DNA of 64,000 nucleotides from the human T2T-CHM13v2.0 reference genome, Homo sapiens: the NCBI RefSeq assembly GCF_009914755.1, contig NC_060929.1; one strand, written 5' to 3'. Below the pieces are notes generated by a model that saw nothing but the letters and a program-made list of their open reading frames with translations, was not told the DNA's origin and searched no databases. Each line of letters begins with the position of its first letter. Within the stretch, counting starts at the first letter, position 1. Shown piece after piece: positions 24,244 through 41,570 of this stretch. A program made the position numbers and the translations under genes.

Positions 24244-27200
24244 ACCATTGTTGGGCTACCTTTGGTGGGCATTTAGGTTGACTCCATGTCTTTGCTATTG
24301 TGAACAGCACTGCAATGAACATAGGCATGCATGTGTCTTTATGGTAAAACAATTTATAGTCCTTTGGGTGTATACCTAATAATGGGATTGCTGGGTCAAA
24401 TGATAATTGTGTTTTAAGTTCTTTGAGAAGTCACCAAACTGCTTTCCACAATGGTAGAACTAATTTACGTTCCCACCAGCAGTTTATAAGTGATCCCTTT
24501 TCTCTACAACCTCACCAGCATGTTATTTTTTTACTTTTTATTAATAGCCTTGCTGACTGGTATGAGATGATATCTCACTGTGGCTTTGACTTGTATTTCT
24601 CTAAAGATCAATGGTGTGGAGCATTTTTTCATATACTTGTTGGCCACATGTATTTCTTCTTTTGAAAGCATTGGTTAATTTCCTTTGCCCACTTTTTAAT
24701 GGGGTTGTTTGGTTTTTTGCTGGTAAATTTGCTTAAGTTCCATACCGATTCTGGACATTTAATCTTTTTCAGATGCATAGTTTTCGAATATTCTCTCCCA
24801 CTCCATAGGTTGTCTGTTTACTCTGTTGATAGTTTATTTTGCTGTACAGAAGCTTTTTAGTTTAATTAGGTCTCACTTGTCAATTTTGTTTTGTTATAAC
24901 TGCTTTTGGCATCTTTATCATGAAATCCTTGCCAGAGCCAATGTTTGGAATGGTATTTCCTTGATTATTTTCCAGGTTTTATACTTTCAGGTTTTGCATT
25001 TAAGTCCTTAAATCTATCTTGAGTTGATTTTTGTGTATGGTGTAAGGAAGGGGTCCATTATCAATCTTCTGCCTGTGACTAGCCAGTTATCCCAACACCA
25101 TTTAGTAAATGGGCAGTCCTTTCCCTATTTCTTTCTTTTTTTTTTTTTGTCAACTTTGTCGAAGATCAGATGGTTGTCAGTGTAAAACTTTATTTCTGGG
25201 GCTCTCTATTCTGTGCCATTCATCTATGTGTCCATTTTTGTACCAGTACCATGTTGTTTTCATTACTGTAGCCTTGTAGTATAGTTTGAAGTTGGATAAT
25301 ATGATGCCTCTAACTTTGTTCTCTTTGCTTAGATTGTTTTTGCTATTTAGGCTCTTTTTGATTCCATATGAATTAGAATTAGTTTTTTCTAATTCTGTGA
25401 AGAATGTCATTAATAGTTTGATAGGAATAGCATTGAATCTATAAATTGGATTGGGAAGTATGGCCATTTTAACAATATTGATTCTTCCTAGCCACAAGCA
25501 TGAAATGTTTTTCCATTTGTTTGTATCATCTAGGATTTATTTCAGAAGTGTTTTATCAGTCTCTGTAGAGATCTTTCACTTCCCTGGTTATCTGTACTCC
25601 TAGGTATTTTATTCTTTTTGTGGCTTTTGTGAATGGGATTATTTTCTTGTTTTGGCCCTCAGCTTGGACATTATTGGTGTATAGGAATGCTACTGATTTT
25701 TGTATGTCAATCTTGTATCCTGAAACTTTGTTGAAGTTGCTTATCAAATCTAGGAGCTTTGAGCAGAGACTATGGCATTTTCTAGGTATAGAATCATATC
25801 ATCTGCAAACAAATAGTTTGACTTCCTCTTTTTCTATTTGGATGCCTTTATTTCTTTCTCTTGTTTGATTGCTTTGGCTGTGACTACCAGTAATATGATA
25901 AATAGGACTGGTGAGGGTCAGCATCCTCGTCTTGTTCTGGTTCTCTAAGGGAATGCTTCCCACTTTTGCCCATTCAGTATGATGTTGGCTGTGGGTTTGT
26001 CATAGATGGTTCTTATTACTTTGAGGTATGTTTCTTCAGTGCCTAATTTGTTGAGGGTATTTAACTTGAAAGGATGTTGAATTTTATCGAAAGGTTTTTC
26101 TGCATCTATTCAGATGATCATGTGGTTTTTGTTTTTAGTTCTGTTTATGTGATGAATCACATTTATTGATTGGCATTTGTTGCACCAACTTGCATCCGAG
26201 GGATAAAACCTACTTGATCATGGTGGATTAGCTTTTTGATGTGCTGCTGGATTTGGCTTACTGGTACTTTATTGAGGAATTTTGCATCTATGTTCATCAG
26301 GGATGTTGGCCTGAAGTTTTCTTTTTTATTGTGTCTCTACCAGGATTTGGTATTAGAATAATGCTGGCTTCATAGAATGAGTTAGGAAGGAGTCCCTCCT
26401 CCTCAATTTTTTGGAATAATTTTAGTAGGAATGGTACCAGCTCTTCTTTATACATCTGGTAAAATTCAGCTATGAATTCGTCTGGTCCTGGGCTTTTTCT
26501 GGTTGGTAAGCTTTTTATTACTCATTCAATTTCAAAATGCATTATTGGTTTATCCAGTTTCAGTTTCTTTGTGGTTCAATATTAAGAGGTTGTATGTTTC
26601 CAGGAATTTATCTATTTCTTCTAGGTTTTCTAATTTGTGTGCATAGAGGTGTTCATAATGGACTCTAAGGGTTTTTAGTATTTCTATGAGGTTGCTGACA
26701 ATATCCCCTTTGTCATTTCTGATTGTGTCTATTTTAATTGCCTCTCTTTTTCTTTATTAGTCTAGCTAGCAGTCTATCTATCTTGTCTATTCTTCAAAAA
26801 AAAAGAACTCCTGAATTTGTTGATCTTTTTTATGGGTTTTTGTACCTCAATTTCATTCAGTTCTTCTCTGATTTTGGTTATATGTTGCTTTCTGCTAGCT
26901 TTGGAGTTGGTTTGTTCTTGTTGTTCTAGCTCCCATTGGTGTGATATTAGGTTGTTAATTTGAGATCTTTCTAACTTTTTCATGTGTATGTTTAGCACTA
27001 TCAACTTTCCTCTTAACATTGCTTTTGCTGTGTCCCAGAGATTCTCATGTTGTATCTTTGCTTTCATTAGTTTCAAAGAATTTCTTGACTTCTGCCTTAA
27101 TTTCGTTGTTTACCCAAAAGTCATTCAGGAGCAGGATGTTTACTTTAGATGCAATTATTTGGTTTTGAGCAATCTTCTCAGTATTGATTTCTATTTTTAT

Positions 27201-30200
27201 TGTGCTGTGGTCCAAGACTGTGGTTGGTATGATTTTTTTTTTAATTTGCTGAGAATTGTTTTATGGCTGATTGTGTGGTCAGTGTTAGAGTATGTACCTT
27301 GTGCAGATGAGAAGAATGTGTATTCTATTGTTTTGGTGTAGAAAGTTCTTAGATGTCTATTAGGTCCATTTGATCAAGTGTCAATCAGGTCCTAAATATC
27401 TTTGTTAGTTTTCTGCCTCAATGATCTGTCTAATACTGTCAGTGGGGTGTTGAAGTTGCCCATTATTATTGTGTGGTTATCTAAGTCTTTGTAGGTCTCT
27501 AAGGACTTGTTTTATGAATCTGGGTGCCCCTATTTTGGGTGCATACGTATTTAGGGTAGTTAGGTCTTCTGTTGAATTGAACTCTTTACATGATATAATG
27601 CCCTTCTTTGTCCTTTCTGATTGTTGTTGGTTTAAAGTCAATTTTGTCTGAAATTAGAATAGCAGCCTCTGCTTTTTTCACTTCTCTGTTTGCTTGATAG
27701 ATTTTTCTCCAACTCTTTGCCTTTGAGCCTATGGGTGTCATCACATGTGAGAAGGTTCTCTTGAAGACAGCATACACTCGGGTCTTGCTTCTTTCTCCAA
27801 CTTGCCACTCTGTGCCTTTTAATTAGGGCATTCAGGCCATTTATACTCAAGGTTAACATTGATTTGTGCGGATTTGATCCTATCATCAAGTTAGCTGATT
27901 GTTATACAGACTTGATTGTGTAGTTGCTTTATAGTGTCAATGGTCTATGTACTTAAGTGTGTTTTTGTGGTAGCTGCTAACAGTCTTTCCTTTCCATATC
28001 TAGCACCCCCTTAAGGACCTCCTGTAAGGGAGAGGTCTGGTGGTAACTAATTCCCTTAGCATTTGCTTATCTGAAAAGATCTTATTTCTCCTTCACTTAT
28101 GAAGCTTAATTTGGCTGGAAATGAAATTCTTGGTTGGAATTGCTTTTGCTTAAGAATTCTGAATATAGGCCTCAAATCTCTTCTGGCTTGTAGTATTTCT
28201 GCTTATAAGGTTCGTTGTTAGCCTGATGGGGTTCCCTTTATAGGTGACCTAGCCCTTCTTTCTGGCTGCCTTTAACATTTTTTCTCTATTTTCGACTTTG
28301 GAGAATCCGATGACTATGTGTTTTGGGGATGATCATCTTGTCTGGTATCCTACAGGGGTTCTCTGCATTTCCTGAATTTAAATGTTGGCGTCTGCAATGA
28401 GGTTGGGGAAATTTTCACGGATGATATCCTCAAATATGTTTTCCAAGTTGCTTTCTTTCTTTCCCTTTCTTTCAGGGATACCAATGAATCATAAATTTGG
28501 TCTCTTTACATAATCCCATATTTCTTGGAGGTTTTGTTCATTCTTTTTTATTCTTTTTTCTTTATTTTTGACTGAGTTAATTTGGAGAACTGGTCTTTGA
28601 GCTCTGACATTTTTTCATCAGCTTGGTCTATTCTGCTGTTAATACTTGTGATTGTATTATGAAATTCTTGAAGTGAGTATTTCAGCTGTATCAGATGAAT
28701 ATTTCTTTCTTGAAATAGTCATTTTGTCTTTCAGCTCCTGTATTATTTTGTTGTATTCCTGAGATTCCTTGGATTGGGTTTTGACTTTTTCTCCTGAACC
28801 TTGATGATCTTCATTTCTATTCATATTGTGAATTCTAGTTCTGTCATTTCAGCCACTTCAGCCTGGGTAAGAACCATTGCTGGGGAACTAGTGCTGTTGT
28901 TTGGAAGTAAGGAGACATTCTGGCTTTATGAGTTGTCAGAGTTCATGGGCTGTTTCTTTGTCATCCGTGTGGGCTGATATTCCTTCAGTCTTTGAAATTG
29001 CTACTTTTTGGATGGGTTGTTTTTTGCTTTTATCTTCTTTGATGCACTTGGAGGATGTGATTGTGGTGTTTAGTGAACTGGCATTGTCTCTGTAAGATTA
29101 TAGGGAGCAAAGGCTCAGCCCTGCACTCCTAGGCTTCATACTCTAACTCTGAGGAACTGGCATTGGGCCCCCCCGCTTTGTTCTCTGGTCTTTCAAGGTT
29201 AGGCATCTGCTGCACTGGAGGGGCCAAAGTGTTCATGCTCTATATTGTCCACAACACTCCGATGGGGGAATGCCAGCCAAAGCTCTTTGTTGGGGTGGTG
29301 GCAGCAGGATCCATCGTCACTTTTATGTGACAGCAGCTGTGGCAGCATGGCCGTGTGCCCATGTGTCAGCTGGGGTGGGGCTCCAGAAGGAGCAGGGTGG
29401 CAGCAACCTGCTGGCGGTGCATGGTAGCAGTACAGCAGGGGCAGGGCACCAGTGGGGATGAGGTTGCCAGTATTCCTGTGTGCATTCATGCCAGCATAGC
29501 AGGCTGCCCACACATCAGCTGGGGGTATGGTAGGATGAGCATGCACTGGCAGGGGAGGAGAGACAAGGTCTTCTGGCATGTGTGGGCCAGCAAAGCAGTG
29601 TTGGGGGGATGTGGAGGGGTGTGAGGCATGGGTAAGCGCATGCTGGCAAAATGCTGGGGAGAGGCTGCGGTTGGGGAGGCTGTGGCTGGGGGAGGCTGCA
29701 GGTAAACCATTATGCATCGGTAGGGGCTGTTCTGCTGGAGCCCTCTGATGGCCAGGCATGGTCTGTCAGTGCAGGAGCTCTGATGAGGTGCCCTAGGAAG
29801 CACTCTGGTTGGGCATCTGAAGCTGCTCTGCAAGAGGCCATGGTCAGGCTGGAGCTCCAGGAAAGGCCAGCAGACAGGAGATGCTCAGATAGGACTGGCC
29901 CCATCCCACGGGCAAGACTGCCCTGCTCTGTCCGGGTCCAACAGTCACCCTAAGGCTAAAGTCTCCTATAGGAGCACGGCAGGCCTTGAGGGATGGGCGT
30001 TCTTGGCCATATTCTGCTGTTGTTAAATCCTCTGGGCTCCCCACTGGCTGGAGTCTGCCTTTGCCACCTCTCTAAGCAGCTGTCTTTGTGTCAGCTCAGG
30101 TGTCCGTGGGGGTCGTGAGTTCCGCTGCTAGGATGCTGGAGGTCCATGGCAGGAGCAGGCCACTCCTCACCTGTTCAACTGACCCCAGAAGTTGCTGGGG

Positions 30201-30410
30201 ACCAGGAAGGATTCCTGGTGCTGGGCAGCCTCGTGTAGGGCTCCTAGCTTTCTCCCCCTTCAGCCCAGCATCCGTGTCCTCCCTCATCCACTCTCAATGC
30301 CTTCCCTGCAATGACCTGTTCAGAGTGTGTGCCAGCCTTCCCAATGTCCTGGTTTCTCGGTCGGAGAGGTTTCTTCGGGCTGCCTCTAGTCAGCCATCTT
30401 GGCTCCCGTC
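24244..30410 (-). mobile_element. Near-full-length degenerate L1 (L1PA13-16/L1PB-like), antisense to ITGA2
   Basis: ORF2 remnants in the ORF track: SNPH..LTL.INGLN..IKRHR, SDKIDFKPT..DKEGHYIM, NLWDTAKA.LRGK and [22 protein letters not shown]-rich 5' UTR at ~29100-30410 starting (minus strand) GGAGCCAAGATGGCTGACTAG. Many stops and frameshifts. Confidence 0.92.
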
Positions 30411-30540
30411 TTGGTATAGTTTTTGAGTAACACAAAGAGGATTATAGAAAGCATATAAAATATTTGTAGAAATTACATTTATTCTTGAAGAGGTCATGTC
30501 TAAAATTAGTGAAATACTCTTTAAAACATTTTGTTTTTTA

Positions 30541-30883
<343 letters not shown>

Positions 30884-31039
30884 TTAAATGAAAATAAAGG
30901 GTACTTTAAAAAAATAATTTTAAAATAAGTTGAATTATTTAAAAATGATTCAATGATTTATTGAACCACAAAGGATAAAAGAAGTAATTCATATAAATAA
31001 GCAAACTCATTAATTTTTTATCTTGAGCAAAATATATAA

Positions 31040-31850
<811 letters not shown>

Positions 31851-32418
31851 AATGTAATTCTCATTCCTGCACTAAGAACAATGTTTACCACATCATAAAT
31901 ACTCAATAAGTTTATTGAGTGAACAAAAAATAAATAGGAAAATAAAATCTGTTTATTAACTGTGTGTATAAATTCATTAGTTTTGTATTATGGACAGTTT
32001 TGAATAGAGAGAGAAAAAACATAGAATCATGGAGAAAATATCACAAGTTATCATACAGATATGAACAAGTTTATACAAGACTTATTACAAACATAGAGTT
32101 CCATGGAATTGAAGTGTTATTATGTGACCATTTGAGTTACTGAGATGAAAGACATTTATAACCATTGCACTTTTAAGTCTATAGGCATAAATGTAGGGAT
32201 CCCATTCTTAGGACATGCCTAGCAAATGAAAGTAAGAGTCAAATGCAACCCAATGGGCCAGAGTTTCCTTTATATATTGTAAATTATATATTTGTGCATG
32301 TGACAATAAGATTACACACTGCAAATGATGTTGAAATAAAATAGCTCATGCTTATAGTCCTTCTAGTCCAGGGTAGGAGAAGCAATTTTCTTTCTTCATT
32401 ATTTTATCCTGATTCTTA

Positions 32419-32776
<358 letters not shown>

Positions 32777-33967
32777 TAAAGGAAAATTTAAAAGCAGCTA
32801 CATTACACTCACAATTGTACTGTTTGTTGTGTTACTATTCACATATATTTTACCTTTTTCTTCTATTCTGAATATTATTTTTGTTATTTTATTTTCGTTA
32901 AGCACTGTCATCTTCTTCACAATTGCTGTTTTTTTAATGGCAGGATAAAACTCTGTCTAGTTTATATGCTACCATTTGCATATTCACGCCCCTAATCTTG
33001 GACATTCAGATAATTTTAATGGTGGTTATTAAGAACTAATTTTTTTAGATTGCTAGAAATTATTAAAGCTATTTAATATGTATAAAGTGTGTTTTCTTAG
33101 GCCACCTAAGACTGAGAGATGACATAAAATACAAAATTTTTATTAGCAAAATAGAATTTCTGTGGCCCAGCCACCTACTTACACACACAGAGAGCCTAAG
33201 TGCCTAAACACTGTTTTCTCATTCTTCCGGAGTAGATAACATTCTCCCAGACTCTAGAGCATGGTTCTCCTGGAAACCTTTGCTGCCCCTAATTGTGTCC
33301 CCTGTGTCCTGATCACTATTGCACCACGGCCCCTGCCCTCGGCATGCTCTAGTTGCTCACTATCCTCTGCCCTCTTCCCTGTCAATCCTTCTGCAGCTAC
33401 TGAGGACCAGTCCCTCAGGCATGGGAGAAATGTGCTCCACCTTCTTAAAGTAATGACACTCTGTGCTCACAGTTAGAGATAGGCCTTACAGTTCTTATGT
33501 TTTTGTTCAATATTTAATGGAGACATTGTTCCCCCTAGAAGTGCAGTATGCATCTTCAGGAATGGGCCAAATTGCAATCTGAGAGGCTGTGTCAAAACCA
33601 CACCTCTATTCCCAAGTCCACCTCTTGCTTTTGGCCTTTGCTCTCTTCTCTTAACCTGAATTTCTTCCTATGTATGTCCCTGGGCACGTTTTGCAAATGA
33701 GTCCCTTCTATGAAAAACCCATCCCTGCCCCTGGCCCTTCAGTATATATAGATATGCTCAAATTTGCATTGACCACAAAAGTTAGACCCTTTTATTTTGC
33801 CACCCTTTACTACAAAATGCATCCTTTAGTTCTGACACTGATATCATAGACATCAATAAACTTCCCTTGCCAAATTTTTGTGGTTGAATATAAAATGACA
33901 TGTTTTGTTTTATACATTATTTACGCTCTTGTTGTTAAAAGACTTTTTCCTTTCTGAGTTTCACTGC

Positions 33968-34123
33968 ATTTTTTTTTTGGGGGGACAGGGTCTTACTTTG
34001 TTGCCCAGGCTGAAGTACAGTGGCACAATCACAGTTCACTGCAGCCTTGAACTCCTGGGCTCAAATGATCCTCCTGTCTTAGACGGCCATTGAGATTACA
34101 CGTGTGAGCTGCCATGCTCAGGC
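33968..34123 (-). mobile_element. FAM/FRAM-like Alu monomer
   Basis: Single diverged arm with poly-T. Confidence 0.75.
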
Positions 34124-34328
34124 TTTGCTACATTTTTAGAACAAAAGTAGGTTAACTATATCAAATCCCCAATCATATGTTTCTCTTTTGAATTATAACT
34201 TAAAATTATGCTCCAGAAGAAAGTAGGAGAATAAATTTCATATTTACTAAAATTAATTCTTAAATTATTGTTTCCAAAAAAATTATTTCAGAGATGGTCA
34301 GGAATCCTCAGGAAAGGAGATCCTGTAA

Positions 34329-34605
<277 letters not shown>

Positions 34606-36219
34606 TGAGTTAACTTATGCTTGACTATCTGGTTTACTTATGGATATTAAAATGGCAACCAGCCTGTTATAATCTAGGATGAAACAGTATCCCCTTTTTA
34701 TTGTGAAAATAGAGGAAACTAGTTAGCCCTGCATGAGATAAAATGTATTTGGTGTAAGCTTTCGTGAGATTTACTGGAATACTTTGGCCTGGTTACTGTC
34801 AACACGTGTCTGACAAGGTCACCTTTGTTAAATATGTTGAGTTTGCGATGCTATTATTGCCTTTCCAGGCATTCACATGAGGACAAAGAAGGAAGATTTA
34901 TACTCTGGGTGATAATAGGCTCCTGGCAAAGCCCAAGTCAGTTGAAGACTCACTGCATCTAATAGAGAACTGGAAATGTATAGATTAATGAAGCAACCTA
35001 TGACTCTCTGTGCCAGACTTTTCACCATTGCCGTACTCTTCTCTTTCACACCCTATGCCTACGTTTAACATGATGTTCCCGGTGCCTGGGATGAACTTTG
35101 CCTTCCTCTTTATGTAGTGAATTCCAACTTGTCCTCCAAGATCCAGATTAATTGCCATCTCCTCTGTGAAACCTTTGAACTTAGATTTACCCTCTTCTCA
35201 ATACTGAGCTCAAGGTTCTTTTTACCACTCTTTATTTTAACACTTATACATTTTGATGCCATTTTTTTTAGTAAAATTACCATAATGGAAATGCAAAGAG
35301 AACAGGGAGATTTTAGTTTTATTTATTTGCAGTATCCTCAGGACCTTAAAAAACGCCTGGTACAAAGGAGCTGTATAAACATATGTTGAATGATCCATTT
35401 TTTAAGTATGTATAGACACATGGGCATGGTTTGGAGGAAGGAAACAAGATGAACCAAATATGGTTCTTATTATCCATATGATTCAGTTGAACTATGAGGA
35501 CAGACATCAGAAGATATAGGCACTGGGATTGCAAAGAAGAAATACATGTTGAATTAGACAGAATACTTCCATTAATTTTTTATGAGCTATTTAGATATCA
35601 TATGCCAAGTGTGAAATGATGACAGAGATCTGAATTGTAAATACATATTAAGAGAAAAAGTATAGAGAATTGAGATTGTCCAGATTTATCAAAAGAGGCA
35701 GGATATAAAGGGAAAGATTTAAGTAGCTGAAAAGAGATTTAGTATCAATGGAATGAAGGGATGGTGATAAAGAAGGTCATGCTTTGTGAGGAAAAATGAG
35801 CAGATCATTTATGAATAGAAATTCTGGACAATAAAGTTGAGAGATGAGCCAAACCTAGACTCAGAGTGGGTGACATTGCGCAAGAAAGACATTTAGCCTT
35901 CATGAGTTTCAGTTTCCTTATTTGTAATTTGTTAATAATAGCTTGGTTTTGCTGTTCCACAGGATTGTTGTGGCACTCAAATGAGTCAGGATGATTCTGA
36001 CATAGGCAGACATAAGCATTAAGAAACAGTAAGATGCGAGTTGGAATAAACATTATAATTTAAATAGAGGAAAAATACTGGAAGGAAATACATCTGAATT
36101 AACTGAACTTACAGTAGAAAGAAAAGATTATGAATGATTTTTCCCTTGAGTTTTCTCTATATTCCAAATCATTATTGAAGAACATATAGTAATTAAAATG
36201 CATTTTATTAAAAAAAAAT

Positions 36220-36660
36220 CCTAGGTGCTGAGAAAGTAAGAGTGAATAAAAGAAACAAGGTTTGACTTCTCAAGGAGCTTACATTTTAGTAGGCACAGAC
36301 AAAAGAATATGGCTATATAAGATAATTTTGGATAATTGCTCTAGTAGTGATACAGTGATGAAGAAGGGTGCTGCTGCTACACAGAGGGCCAAGGGAGAGC
36401 AGAGACCTATTTGAGCAAAGTCCTACATGCCGTATTAGGTGAGGATGTTATAGGCAGTGGAACAGGCAGCTGCAAAGCGCATAAGCAGAATGAGCTGCAT
36501 GTGTTCAAAAAACAGAAGGAAAGTGAGTGTGGCTGGAACACAGGGAGGGAGGACGAGAGTGGTCGGAAGTGAAGTCAGAAAGATACACCAGGGCTCAATC
36601 ATGAAGGACCTTTGAATTTACAGTGAGGACATTGGATTTTATTCTCAGTTCAATGGCAAG
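36220..36660 (-). mobile_element. L2 fragment
   Basis: ctcaaggagcttacatt, gtgtggctggaaca, ttggattttattctcag. Confidence 0.55.
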
Positions 36661-38507
36661 ACATAAGTTAATAATATATATCTATGCATATATAGTAACA
36701 CATATATGCCTATATATGTGAATTGCTGTATAATTGAACTGCTAAATGATAAAATGAACTCCATCATAATTTCCTGCCATTAAATGATCTGCCCAGGTCT
36801 AATTAATGGGGGAAAATGAGGTTGTTTTATGTACAGTCACGTGTCCTTTCCAGAATTAGGTATTTTAAAGGTGAAAGCAGTTTGGCATCATCTCTCCACG
36901 CTAATATGTTAGATGATTGATAACATATTCAAATAGCATTTATTGAGCTCTCCACAATGGGGTGAAGATAAATGTTGGTTGAAAACACCAGGTATTTTGC
37001 ATGCCAATTCTGGATCTCTGCTTAATTTGCTGTTATTTTCTTTTGCATTTTTTTATTATTCAAAAATAAAAAGGAGCAATGGAGCATATGAAAAATAGAT
37101 GTTAAGGAGAAAATTTGCAGATGTTAAGCTTTGCAGATTTTGCTATAGAGTATTTCAGAATGAGTATTTGTGTTTCTCTTCATGGCAGCACATTATTTGT
37201 AAGAAATAAAAAGCTGAATTCCTTGTGTGGACAAATCCCTGATACAGTGATTTTGGCACTTACAGAGGGACGTTAACTACTTAAAGTCCCCGTTGCTTCA
37301 TCATTGACTTCATTATCATTTTGGAGCACTCTACAGAATCTGCTCCCTGAAATGCAGAGGCGCAATGGAAGAGCAAGCCTTTTTCTTCCGGCCTTTCAGT
37401 GCCTAAAACAATAGACATATGAAATACCATGCACTTGCAATGCTGCCTAGAAAGTAGGACATTTCTTTGTGAAAGCACATGTTAATGGAACTTTGATGTC
37501 AATTTTAAAGAGTCCATTCTGTCTTCAGTGTCTGCGAAGGTAAATATTGATCTTAAGCAACATGAGGCATATTCCCATCTCCAGAGAGAGCATTAATATC
37601 CACACAACCTTCTTTCTGTAGGATGAAGAACTGGCAGCATTAATGCTGTCAGTGTCATACAGAGAAACATGATTTGCCTTATTCCTTTCCTTCATTCCCT
37701 TTCCATCAGAAATAAGAATTTTCAAAAAAAATAAAATAAAATCTATCAAGGCTTTATATGCCTTGGTCTTTGTTCTGTTTTTTGAAATGATTAGCATTTC
37801 TCAATCATTCAGAAAGAAGCATCAAAAACAAAACACTTTTGACAGTTCCCACTGGAATAAAAAAGATATGACACCAATCCCTACATTTTCATCCTCAAAA
37901 ATGATAATGATCACTTCTGAAAGAAAATGATAACAATTTTCAAGGAGCTGTGATTTTCTATCTCCTTTGATGTAGTCATCAATGCCTTTTCGACAGATGT
38001 TTCATATAGAGTCCATGTCAAGATGTTCAAGGTGATTCAGAATAAATAGATGATACCCTTCAGCCCTTGCCCTTGGGTGGCTTAGAGTCTTGTTGTTTTG
38101 GGAAGGACAAATATAACTCAAATTACTTAAGAATACTTAGAGATAATTTAGTTGTTTTAAGTCTTGTGTTCAAATTTTGTCTTCATCCTTTCCTCTTTCC
38201 AGCTGTGAGATATACTTGTCCCCTGGAACCTCAAAATTCTCTGCAAAACAAAGATAATATTAGTAACTATCTTCTAGCATTTCCATGAAGATTAGTAAGA
38301 TAATGAATTATGCATATATAGTATTTAGCTTGGTGCCGGGCCTCCAAATAAGTACTTAAAAAGCAGTAGTTATTTTTTCTGGGTAAACGTTGATAAGTAA
38401 TAATTATTAGGTCAAGCAAGTTTTCTTAAAAATGGCCTTTGAGAATTATACGACACACTTATATTCATGAATTGTAAATATGTGCTATTTCATATTTTTC
38501 TTAATAG

Positions 38508-38628
38508 GCATTTTAAATTGTTGTTTGGCCTACAATGTTGGTCTCCCAGAAGCAAAAATATTTTCCGGTCCTTCAAGTGAACAGTTTGGCTATGCAGTGC
38601 AGCAGTTTATAAATCCAAAAGGCAACTG
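38508..38628 (+). CDS. ITGA2: ITGA2 coding exon 2 (ILNCCLA|YNVGLPEAKIFSGPSSEQFGYAVQQFINPKGNW)
   Basis: Acceptor tttttcttaatag, donor TG|GTAAGA; 121 nt. Contains the signal cleavage site and the FGYAV motif of the first FG-GAP repeat. Frame continues from exon 1. Confidence 0.97.
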
Positions 38629-39559
38629 GTAAGAATATTCTCTTCTTTATGATTTCAGTAAAAATACAAAATAAATTTCATATTTGACTTCAATTGCTTT
38701 TTCAAATTGGTGCCTGACTGTACTATAAATGGGTGGCCCTCAAATATCCTTAAATGAACAATCTTTCTTTGAGAGTTGACAACTGCAGACTGATCATTAA
38801 TGGGATGGTATAATGGTTCATTTTTAAAAACCTGGATAGAAAGTTTTCTCTAAATATTCAAAAGCAAATTTATAATACCAGTTTTGACCATTAATACATA
38901 GGTAGGTAGATTGATAGAATGATAGATTTGTCTTCATTTCTGATCATGTAAACTGATATTCATTGAACTTTGTAAATCATTACCTAGTTATTAATGCTAT
39001 CTCTGGACCATTTCTAAATGGTAGAATTGTTTCCTACATTTTTTTCTTTAGCAAGGTTTTGTCTACTTGCTTCATTCTAAGTTAGGCTTTTGCCCTCCTT
39101 GTGGTGAAGGGTCCTCACAAATATCAATGCAAAATGTACAAAGGTGGCTTTCTCTAGCATATTAACACCTTTTGTTTTTGCCCCAAAGTGCTCCCAGTTT
39201 TTACATGCTATGTGATGGTTACATTTTCAAACCATGGCTTTTCTACCCAGGTGAAAAACAACCACCTCAATGGAGATGGAAATCTAGTTCCCATAATACT
39301 AATGCAAGTGAACCCAGAGAAATGAGGTAATTTGAAAGTTGTATTTGGGAAGAAGCGCTGTAGCTCCTATTCTGCCAGAGTTAATGCCCACTGGTGGACA
39401 CAGGTCCTGCCATGGGGACCTTATCTCCTTGTTGCAGCAGGAGGCTCCAACCATCCCCACTCACCCTGGAACTTCAGATTCTGAATCTCCACTCTCTGGA
39501 GCTCTTTTCAGTGATTAAATGGGCTGTTGTTGGCTTATCAAATAAGAACCGTAATGTAT

Positions 39560-39873
<314 letters not shown>

Positions 39874-40369
39874 TCATAAGCCTTTTTTTCTGTGTGAACT
39901 TCCATTTGATACTCTAAACAATTGAATTCAAAGAAAGGTTCAGGATCACATGTTGGGGCATGCCTGTCTATTTGATGAGGAAACAAAATGAAATCATCCC
40001 CTGAGAGGGCAGCATTTCTCAGCAGGCATCTTGGAGGATGTAAATCGTGAGCTGGGTTTTAAGTAGTGAGGATGAAGAGGCTGGAGATGAGTGTTAACTA
40101 ATGTGAGGAGACTTAGAAAACAATGCATGTAGATACAGTTTGTCAATTGTCTAGAAGGATAAGAACATCTGGTTGGAAACCAAAGATTGGCAATTATTGT
40201 AACCATTTGGGATACGAGAGAGAGTTGCATGTCTAACAATTATCAAATGATGCTTTGATAATCATAAAGTGGTGAGGAGGCTAGAAAGACAATATGGTCG
40301 GTATATTTTGACCTTGGAATCTAGCAGATGAAGTAGCTAATGACCCACAGTTTTAAATATTCAGCCCTA

Positions 40370-41570
<1,201 letters not shown>

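Noticed and set aside
24423-30435. Endonuclease/reverse-transcriptase-like ORF pieces and GC-rich ORFs at 29.2-30.4 kb
   Set aside because: They are broken L1 ORF2 and L1 5' UTR frames, with no intact coding capacity.
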